NCBI GenBank assembly: GCA_965204535.1
Contig: CBDBEV010000001.1
Span: 1,376,001 to 1,440,000, forward strand
DNA length: 64,000 bases
Origin: a bacterium
Lineage (GTDB): Bacteria; UBA8248
Reading direction: 5' to 3'
Under the pieces are notes generated by a model. It was not told the DNA's origin. It was given only the letters and a program-made list of their open reading frames with translations, and did no database searches. A program made the position numbers and the translations under genes. This document shows, one piece after another, positions 31,561 to 38,910 of this stretch. Within the stretch, counting starts at the first letter, position 1. Each line of letters begins with the position of its first letter.

Positions 31561-31630
31561 GTAGGGACAACCCCCTGTGGTTGTCCCTTGCAGAACAGGG
31601 CATCGGACAGGCACGCGGGCCTGTCCCTAC
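31561..31630. repeat. Inverted GTAG REP-like doublet (REPIN-like)
   Basis: GTAGGGACAACC..GGTTGTCCC followed by GGACAGGC..GCCTGTCCCTAC. Confidence 0.75.
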
Positions 31631-31648
31631 AGCCCTTGCGACTTTGTT

Positions 31649-31863
31649 CGTCATTCCGGCGAAAGCCGGAATCCATTTTCGCCTTTGCTTTTTCGCCTCC
31701 TCGTTCGGACGTTTTTACTCCCAGGCAGGGAGGATCGGGATCGAACACAAAAAGGAAAGGCGGATTCCCTGAATTTCGAATCTGGACGCCGCGCGACAAC
31801 AAGGTCGTGGCCGCCCCGCCCGGTAAAAAGTCAAAATGGATTCCGGCTTTCGCCGGAATGACG
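31649..31863. repeat. Element with 31-bp perfect terminal inverted repeats (GTCATTCCGGCGAAAGCCGGAATCC type)
   Basis: cgtcattccggcgaaagccggaatccatttt and aaaatggattccggctttcgccggaatgacg. Confidence 0.85.
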
Positions 31864-32005
31864 GCGGGAGGATTTACGGTTTTCGTAGGGGTCAGACATA
31901 TATGTCTGACCTATACTTGTGCCGCTGATGGGATCGCCTATGCGCAATCGGGCTCTGTCCCGCCCCGCTCACCCTGAAAACCAACCCCCCCTACCCCCCC
32001 TTGTC

Positions 32006-33518
32006 GGGCCTGTTGAAAAACCCCTGGTTTTGTGATCGTATGGATGTATCCCCCCTCGCCCGAGATGGGAGATTCCCCGATGTTGGACCGCAAGAGGCGC
32101 GGGCAGATGGAATTGTTCGTGGCCGGTTCGCTGGAGCAGTTGATTCCCGAAGATTACATATTGTTCCGGGTGAACCGCGTACTGGATTTGAGCTGGCTGC
32201 GCGAGGAGGTGGCGGAGTGTTATTGCGCGGACAACGGTCGACCGGGGATCGACCCCGAAGTGGTGGTTCGGTTGATGCTGGCGGGCCTGCTGCTGGGCCA
32301 CGTGCACGACCGGCATCTGCTTCGCGAGGCGCAGGTGAACCTGGCGATCCGGTGGTTCATCGGTTACGAGCTGCACGAGGAGTTGCCGGATCATTCGAGC
32401 CTGACGCGGATTCGCCAGCGGTGGGGGGAGGCGCGGTTCAAGGAGATATTGCGCCGCACGGTTCAGGCGTGCCTGGAGGCGCAGGTGGCGAAGGGGGAAG
32501 TGGTTCACCTGGACGCGTCTTTGATACGCGCGGACGTGAGTTGGGAGAGTCTGGCGGCGCGCCACGCGGAGAAGGTGGTGCGGGAGAACGACTCGGCGGA
32601 TGAGACGGGGAAGAAGGGCGGCGGGGGTTCGGGGCCGGTGAGCCGAACGGACCCCGACGCGCGCCTGGCGCGCAAGAGCGCTCGGGCGGGGTTCGAGCCG
32701 AGCTACAAGCACCACGCGGTGGTGGACGATGAGCGGGGGGTGGTTCTCGACGTAGAGGTGACGGAGGGGACGTTGAACGAGCGGGAGATGATGGAGCCGC
32801 AGTTGGATGCGGTTTGCGAGCTCACGGGTCGCGCGCCCGCGGTGGTGACGGCGGATTCGGGCTATGCGTACTCGAAGGTGTACGGCGCATTGGAGCGGCG
32901 TGGCGTCGCCGCGGTGATTCCGGCGAAGAAGGAGCCTTCCCAGAGCCGTGTTCCGCTGCAGTTGTTCCGCTACGACGAGCGGCACAAGGTGGTGAAGTGT
33001 CCGGGCGGCAAGACGCTGCGCCCCCGGAAGGAGACGGAGCGGGGGCGCTACTATGGTTCGAGGACGCGCGATTGCGCGGGCTGCGCGCTGAGGTCGGATT
33101 GTCTTCCCAAGTCGCACACGAGCAGGACGGTGCTGGTTCCGCATGAGTATCCGGCGCTGTTGCGCGCGCGTCGGCGGCACGCGCGCCGGGGGGAGGAGGA
33201 GGGCCGGCTGTGGCGCCGCCACATGTCGCGTTCGGAGGGCTACCACGGCGAAGCGAAGAGTCGGCACGGACTGGCGCGGGCGGTGCGCCGGGGCCTTGCG
33301 AACATGAGGATCCAGGCCTACCTGACGGCGACTGCGGTGAACCTCAAGCGGCTCGCCGCCGCTGTTGCGGCGCGTTTATTCGCGCTCTGGAGGGCCTGGG
33401 CCGCCCGGAGACGCCGTCTGCGCGTTCCTCGCGGCCTCACGCGCCGATTGGGCTTCCTCTCCGCCGCTGCGTGAGCCGCCATACCTCCCGCTTCAAAACG
33501 GGGTTTTTCAACAGCCCC
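32006..33518 (+). mobile_element. IS1182-family insertion sequence, copy 1 (1513 bp)
   Basis: Terminal IRs GGGCCTGTTGAAAAA and TTTTTCAACAGCCCC; 5-bp direct repeat TTGTC at 32001-32005 and 33519-33523. Confidence 0.92.
32080..33474 (+). CDS. IS1182-family DDE transposase
   Basis: GRPGIDP, LPDHSSLTRIRQRWG, HLDAS, TDPDA, TADSGY and NLKRL; start set at ATG 32080. Confidence 0.92.
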   Translation: MLDRKRRGQMELFVAGSLEQLIPEDYILFRVNRVLDLSWLREEVAECYCADNGRPGIDPEVVVRLMLAGLLLGHVHDRHLLREAQVNLAIRWFIGYELHEELPDHSSLTRIRQRWGEARFKEILRRTVQACLEAQVAKGEVVHLDASLIRADVSWESLAARHAEKVVRENDSADETGKKGGGGSGPVSRTDPDARLARKSARAGFEPSYKHHAVVDDERGVVLDVEVTEGTLNEREMMEPQLDAVCELTGRAPAVVTADSGYAYSKVYGALERRGVAAVIPAKKEPSQSRVPLQLFRYDERHKVVKCPGGKTLRPRKETERGRYYGSRTRDCAGCALRSDCLPKSHTSRTVLVPHEYPALLRARRRHARRGEEEGRLWRRHMSRSEGYHGEAKSRHGLARAVRRGLANMRIQAYLTATAVNLKRLAAAVAARLFALWRAWAARRRRLRVPRGLTRRLGFLSAAA

Positions 33519-33750
33519 TTGTCAGGGGGGTATGAAAAGGCGACGCCCGCCGCGGGTAGAGGGGCTTTTGTTTTTTCTTGCTCTCTGACAAGGGGGTCTT
33601 TCTTTTTTACCCCCCTGACAAGGGGGGGTAGGGGGGGTTGCCTTTATCCCCTGATAAGGGAGGTTGGGGGTCGAACGCGACCGGAGAGGGAGCGTTCGCT
33701 CCCTTGACAAAGACTTTCTCAACAACCCCCTCAAGGGGAAGTGAATTGCA

Positions 33751-34914
33751 TCATTCCCTTTCTTGCCGCTCCCTCAGGAACGCCCCCACTCTTTCGAGAC
33801 CGGCCTCGATGTTTTCGACCGAGTTGCAGTAGGAAAACCGAAGGAACCCCTCTCCACCCGGCCCGAAATCCGCTCCCGGCGCCACGGCCACGCCGGTGGC
33901 TTCGAGAATTTCTTTTGCCAGTTTCAGGCTGTCCGCCCCGTACGCGCGCGCATCGGCGAAGGCGTAGAACGCGCCCGTCGGCTCATGAAGCATTTTCAGG
34001 CCGATGTCCTCCAGGCGCGCGAGCATGATCTTGCGCCTTTCGTCATAAATCCCGCGCATGCGCTCCGCCTCGGGCACGCCGTCCTTGAGAGCGGCGATCG
34101 CCGCGTGCTGGACGAAGGAATTGGGCGACACGAAATAGTTTTGCTGCAGTATCTCCAGCGGACGGACGTATTCGGGAGGCACGATGAGATAGCCGACCCG
34201 CCAGCCCGTCATGGCGAAATACTTCGAGAAACCGTTGATGACGAAACAATCCTCCGTGAAGTGGAGCGCCGTGTATTCCGCATCCTCGTAGCTGAGTCCG
34301 TGATAAATCTCGTCCGAGACGATGGGAACTCCCAACTCGGCGAGCGCCGCCATGTCCCCTCGCGAGAGCGACGCGCCCGTGGGATTGGACGGCGAGTTGA
34401 TGAGGATGGCCCTGGTGTTCTCGGTGATGCGCTCGCGGACGGCCTCGGCCTTGAGCGCGAAGCCGTGCTCCGCATGGGTAGGGACCCGCACGGGTCTCCC
34501 GCAGGCGGAGAGGATGAAAGCCGGGTAGCAGGCGTAGTGGGGGTCTGAAATGACAATCTCATCGCCCGCATCCACGAGAACGGAGAAGAGCATCAGCAGG
34601 CCCGGGCTCGTGCCGTTCGTCACCACCACGCGTTCGGGAGATACGGATACGCCGTATTTGTGGTTGTAGAATTCCGCGATCGCCTCGCGCAGTTCGGGAA
34701 TCCCCAGAGCTGCCGTGTAGTGGGTGTGGCCGGCGCGCAGGGCGTCCTCGGCGGCGCGGGTGATGACCCCGGGCGTATCGAAATCGGGCTCTCCCACTTC
34801 CAGGTGGATAACATCGCGGCCCTGCGCCTCCAGTTGATGGGCGCGCTCCATGATGTCCATCACCAGGAAGGGCTTGATGCCCGAGATGCGCGCCGGGATG
34901 GAAAATTCCTTCAT
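33751..34914 (-). CDS. PLP-dependent class I aminotransferase (aspartate aminotransferase-like)
   Basis: VGEPDF, NSPSNPTG, SDEIY and GFSKYFAMTGWRVG. Confidence 0.93.
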   Translation of the reverse strand: MKEFSIPARISGIKPFLVMDIMERAHQLEAQGRDVIHLEVGEPDFDTPGVITRAAEDALRAGHTHYTAALGIPELREAIAEFYNHKYGVSVSPERVVVTNGTSPGLLMLFSVLVDAGDEIVISDPHYACYPAFILSACGRPVRVPTHAEHGFALKAEAVRERITENTRAILINSPSNPTGASLSRGDMAALAELGVPIVSDEIYHGLSYEDAEYTALHFTEDCFVINGFSKYFAMTGWRVGYLIVPPEYVRPLEILQQNYFVSPNSFVQHAAIAALKDGVPEAERMRGIYDERRKIMLARLEDIGLKMLHEPTGAFYAFADARAYGADSLKLAKEILEATGVAVAPGADFGPGGEGFLRFSYCNSVENIEAGLERVGAFLRERQERE

Positions 34915-35115
34915 GTTTTTTGACCTTTTATGTTTCCAGTTGTTTTTTAAGTGGTTGCTCACCTGCAAGGCTAGTGGTAAAGTGCATTGAACTCAAGACG
35001 TTACACGGATTGATGAACTTTGAATAGGGAATCAGAGAATTTTCCACTCCGGTCTTGTTCCCTGTACGAGGACGGGGTTGCGCACAAATATGGTGGGTAA
35101 GAAGGAGGGAGTCCT

Positions 35116-35409
35116 TTGACGAAAATCGACATCATTAACCTCGTGTCGGACGATACGGGTCTCAGCAAAGTGAAGTCGGAAGAAGCGGTAGAGACGATCA
35201 TCCAGACCATCAAGGAATCCCTCCGCAGCGGCGAGTCGGTTATTCTAAGGCGCTTCGGTTCTTTTCAGGTGAGAACAAAGAACCCTCGCGTGGGGCGCAA
35301 CCCCAAGACGGGTCAGGAGGCGCCCATCAGCGCGCGCCGCGTCGTGCGCTTCAAGGCGGGCAAGCACTTCAAGGATGCGGTGAACGGCGCCGACGTGAGA
35401 TTTCATTGA
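35116..35409 (+). CDS. HU/IHF-family DNA-binding protein
   Basis: MTKIDII, FGSF, GRNPKTG and VRFKAG. Confidence 0.95.
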   Translation: MTKIDIINLVSDDTGLSKVKSEEAVETIIQTIKESLRSGESVILRRFGSFQVRTKNPRVGRNPKTGQEAPISARRVVRFKAGKHFKDAVNGADVRFH

Positions 35410-35430
35410 GCCGGTGATTCTCCCGGCCCC

Positions 35431-36471
35431 CTAGCTTATCAGCATGGCGTCCCCATAGCTGTAGAACCGGTATCCCTCATCAATCGCCTCCACGTATGCG
35501 CCCAGGATTTTCTCCCTGCCGGCGAACGCCGCCACGAGCATGAGCAGGGTCGAGCGCGGCAGGTGGAAATTCGTCAGCATCATGTCCACCAGGTGAAACC
35601 GAAAGCCCGGCCGGATGAACAGCCGGGTGCGGAACTCCCCCGCCTGTAGCGTCCGGCCTCGGGCGGCCGCCTCGATATGTGCGGATTCCAGCGCCCGGAC
35701 CACCGTCGTGCCCACGGCCAGGATTCGCCCGCCGCTTGCTTTCGCATCCTGGATCGAGGCGACGGTCTCTTCGGTGAGAATATAGCTTTCCGCCTCCATC
35801 TCGTGTTCTTCGATGTTTTCCGCCTGAACGGGCCGAAACGTCCCGGCGCCCACGTGGAGGGTGAGCCTCGCGATGCGCGCACCTGCGGCCGAGACCTCTT
35901 CGAGCAGCGTTTCGCTCAGGTGCAGGCCCGCCGTGGGCGCGGCGACCGCGCCGGGGTTTCGGGCGAAGACGGTCTGGTAGCGCTCCTTGTCGACAGCCTC
36001 GGCGCTTCTTTCCAGATAGGGCGGGATCGGCATCTCCCCGAAAGATTCCAGCCATTCGGTGAGGCCGTGCGAGGAGGAGAATTCGAGTTCTCTCTCAAGC
36101 CCCTGGGCCCCGAGCATGGCGCGGTGCGCCTCGTCGAAGACGATCCTTTCGCCTTCGGGCAGGGGGCGGTTGGCGCGCGCCATGGCGCGGAATTTTCCGG
36201 GCGAAAGTTGCTTGAGCAGCAAGACCTCCACCCGGCCGCCGCTCTCCCGCCTGCCGTGAATCCGCCACGGGTTCACCTTCGTGTCGTTGATGACGACCAG
36301 ATCCCCCGGACGCAAATGACGCGGCAGGTCGGTGACCTGGAGATGCGCGAGCGCTTCGCCCTCTCTGGAGAGGTGGAGGAGCCTCGCGTCTCCGCGCCTC
36401 GGCGGCGGGTAGCGGGCGATGAGGTTTTTGGGTAGGTGGTAGTCGAAGTCATCGAGTTTCATGCGCTTCAC
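35431..36471 (-). CDS. queA: S-adenosylmethionine:tRNA ribosyltransferase-isomerase
   Basis: DFDYHLP, PIPPY, YQTVFA, AAPTAGLH, TNFHLP and FYSYGDAM. Confidence 0.97.
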   Translation of the reverse strand: MKRMKLDDFDYHLPKNLIARYPPPRRGDARLLHLSREGEALAHLQVTDLPRHLRPGDLVVINDTKVNPWRIHGRRESGGRVEVLLLKQLSPGKFRAMARANRPLPEGERIVFDEAHRAMLGAQGLERELEFSSSHGLTEWLESFGEMPIPPYLERSAEAVDKERYQTVFARNPGAVAAPTAGLHLSETLLEEVSAAGARIARLTLHVGAGTFRPVQAENIEEHEMEAESYILTEETVASIQDAKASGGRILAVGTTVVRALESAHIEAAARGRTLQAGEFRTRLFIRPGFRFHLVDMMLTNFHLPRSTLLMLVAAFAGREKILGAYVEAIDEGYRFYSYGDAMLIS

Positions 36472-36506
36472 GCTCTATCCGGTTCCCTTCGGAACGATGC
36501 CCGAAG

Positions 36507-37340
36507 TCAGTCTTCGTCTGCTTCACCCGGGCGGGACGAGACGGCGGCCTCATCCGGCCCGTCTTTTTCTCCCGGATGAAGGAGTTTCCAGATCGCCTGG
36601 CGCAGCACGCCGCGCATCACCCGGACCTCCCTTTCGTCCGGCCCCAGTCTGTCGAGCATCTTTCTGAAAGTCCGGGCCACGCGGTCCGGGTCGTTGTGGG
36701 GGACGAAGCCAATCTGCTCCATGGATTCGAGGAGATGATCCACGAGTCCCTCGATTTCCTCGCGCGATGCGGGCTCGTGTTCATTCGCGCCCTCGCGCTT
36801 CGCATCGCCGACTCCGGGCCGGGCGTTCGGCTGGTTCTGGCAGAACAACTCCCACAAGACGATCAGCACGGCCTGGGAGAGGTTGAACGACTCGCCGTCG
36901 GGCAGTGCCGGGATGAGGAGCCTCTCCTGGCAGAGGCTCAACTCCTCGGTGAACAGGCCCTTGTCCTCCTGCCCGAACACCAGGCCGACTTTCACCCCCG
37001 ATGCGCGCGCGAGCAGAGCGCCAGCGTCCTCTCTCGGGCGCATGGTGGGCTGGCGTTTCCTGCCGAGGCGCCTCGACGTGCCCACCAGCCAGCCGCAATC
37101 GTGCGAGGCCTCGCGAAGACTCGCGAAATGCTTCGCGCCGAGCAGTAAGGGCTGCGCGTTCATGGCCATCGAGCGCGCCTCGACGCTCTTGACGTCGCAT
37201 CCGGGCGAGACGAGGCGCAGGTCCGACAGGCCGAAATGCGACATCACGCGCGCGATGGCGCCCACGTTGCCGGCCCCCCTCGGGCGCACGAGGATGACGG
37301 CGAAATCGGCGTTTTCTTCCAAAGAAACGGGTTCGTCCAT
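36507..37340 (-). CDS. TrmJ/LasT-family SPOUT RNA methyltransferase
   Basis: GNVGAIARVM, VFGQEDKGL and SFNLSQAV. Confidence 0.9.
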   Translation of the reverse strand: MDEPVSLEENADFAVILVRPRGAGNVGAIARVMSHFGLSDLRLVSPGCDVKSVEARSMAMNAQPLLLGAKHFASLREASHDCGWLVGTSRRLGRKRQPTMRPREDAGALLARASGVKVGLVFGQEDKGLFTEELSLCQERLLIPALPDGESFNLSQAVLIVLWELFCQNQPNARPGVGDAKREGANEHEPASREEIEGLVDHLLESMEQIGFVPHNDPDRVARTFRKMLDRLGPDEREVRVMRGVLRQAIWKLLHPGEKDGPDEAAVSSRPGEADED

Positions 37341-37572
37341 GAGGCGAAATCACCATGTTGGAAAATCTGGAATTTACGGCTCGCCATCGCCGGGTGCAGC
37401 TTTCGTCCATGCTGCCCGACGCAGGCCATGCCCTTTCCTCCTCATAGCACGAAGCGGCCCGGCCTGTCATAAACGAATCGGGTGCGGCGCTGAGTTTCGG
37501 GTGAATCGGTGGTTGCGAATGAATATTCTGCGCTTTTTGCAGGTAGAGGGGATACCCCTCTCGACTGGAAAA

Positions 37573-37715
37573 GCAACCCCCCCTACCCCCCCTTAACAGG
37601 GGGGTAAAAAAGAAGCCCCCGACAAGGGGGAGATATAAAAAGGCGATGCCCACCGCCGATAGAGGGGCTTTTGTTTTTTCTTGCCCCCCTGTTAAGGGGG
37701 GGTAGGGGGGGTTGC
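37573..37715. repeat. Family B C-run/G-run element, uninterrupted copy with 32-bp perfect terminal inverted repeats
   Basis: GCAA-C7-TA-C7-TTAACA-G6 ... C6-TGTTAA-G7-TA-G7-TTGC. Confidence 0.88.
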
Positions 37716-37825
37716 CTTTATCCCCTGAAAAGGAGACTTTTCCAAAACCCCTTCGGCCGCCGGATTCGCGCCTGAGTCCTTCGGGCGGTGTCATCCGCCT
37801 TGTTTTGGCGTAATATGGACGCGCT

Positions 37826-38218
37826 ATGAGTTCCGACATCACGCGAACATTCGAACGCGGGAACCTGCACGAGTTGGCGGAATTTCTGGTGACGCCCGCC
37901 CGCTCGGGCATTTTTCTCACGAGAAGCCGCATCCGCGCTCTTGCGGGGGAAATGGGCCTGCGCGCGGGCGTTCAGAACCGCGCCAGAATGCTGGAGAACC
38001 TCTTTCGCGAGGCGGGTTCGGACGGTCGGGTGCAGGAACTGCTCGGGCGCATCGACGGGGTGGCGGAAGAGAACCTCGCCCGCTACCGCGCCTGGTCGAA
38101 GGCGTGCCCGCCGTCCAGGGCCGCGTGGCGCGACTGGAGCAAGAAGACGCGAGAGCTGAGGCGCCACCTCAAACAGGCCCGGAAGTGGGCGCGCGCCATG
38201 AAAGAGGAAGTTTCATAA
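37826..38218 (+). CDS. Hypothetical basic helical protein, 130 aa
   Basis: Fills the gap between the repeat and the TorD-family gene with typical GC-rich codon usage; no family recognised. Confidence 0.7.
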   Translation: MSSDITRTFERGNLHELAEFLVTPARSGIFLTRSRIRALAGEMGLRAGVQNRARMLENLFREAGSDGRVQELLGRIDGVAEENLARYRAWSKACPPSRAAWRDWSKKTRELRRHLKQARKWARAMKEEVS

Positions 38219-38271
38219 GTCCGGCGGCTCAGGCGCGAAACCCGCGCGGCTCGAACCGACGCCCTCCCTTA

Positions 38272-38910
38272 TCAAAGTATCCCGGCGATGTATTTCCTGT
38301 CCGAGAAGGCGAATTCTCGTATCCATCCGGCGAGTTCGCGGTAGAGATGCGTTTCCGCGTCCTCTTCCATGCTCGACGTGTAGACGGGCATCCAGCGCAT
38401 GAGGTGTTCGTCCATGAACTGCGCGCTCAAGGAGAGTTTTTCCCGCGCGAGGTCGGCGTCTCCATCCTCCCAGGCGTCCGCCTCTTCCGTGGCGAGCCGG
38501 GCCAGGAATTCGAGCTCCACGCTCAGGTGGTCCATCGCCAGGACGCTGGGGTGGGCGAGGCCCTCGCTGCCCCGTCCGGGGTTGTAGCCGCACGCCCGGT
38601 AGAAATCGGCGACCGCATCCGTTCTCTTCGAGTTCAGATGTCCGCTCTCATCCATCAGGGCGGCTTCGTAGGGCGGGGAGGAGAGCACGAAGAGGTTCGT
38701 GAAGTCGACCCGGAGTTTCTGGAGGGCCTCCTCGGTGGCCTCGAACCCTTCGGGGAGGAGGAACGGGTAGTTTTCCCGCAGGAACCCGGCGAGTTCCTTA
38801 TCGAGCGGATCGAGCATCGCCCGCGCCTGCACCCGGTAGAGTTGCGCGCGGAGCCTCGCCTGTTCGGCGTATTCAGCGTGTGAGGCGCGGCGCTTCCAGC
38901 GGAGACTCAT
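38272..38910 (-). CDS. TorD/DmsD-family molybdoenzyme chaperone
   Basis: PPYEA, DHLSVELEFL and FMDEHLMRW; ATG 38910 overlaps the upstream stop (ATGA). Confidence 0.88.
   Translation of the reverse strand: MSLRWKRRASHAEYAEQARLRAQLYRVQARAMLDPLDKELAGFLRENYPFLLPEGFEATEEALQKLRVDFTNLFVLSSPPYEAALMDESGHLNSKRTDAVADFYRACGYNPGRGSEGLAHPSVLAMDHLSVELEFLARLATEEADAWEDGDADLAREKLSLSAQFMDEHLMRWMPVYTSSMEEDAETHLYRELAGWIREFAFSDRKYIAGIL

Larger units (their letters stand above)
31982..33640. repeat. Family B C-run/G-run element interrupted by IS1182
   Basis: CAA-C7-TA-C7-TTGTC|IS|TTGTCA-G6 ... C6-TGACAA-G7-TA-G7-TTG; interior resembles the uninterrupted copy at 37573-37715. Confidence 0.85.
31500..33729. mobile_element. 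Nested composite bounded by IS1182-like ends, containing a REP doublet, a GTCATTCC element, a family B element and an IS1182 copy
   Basis: GGGGTTGTTGAAAAA at 31500 and TTTCTCAACAACCCC ending 33729; no direct target duplication seen. Confidence 0.6.
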
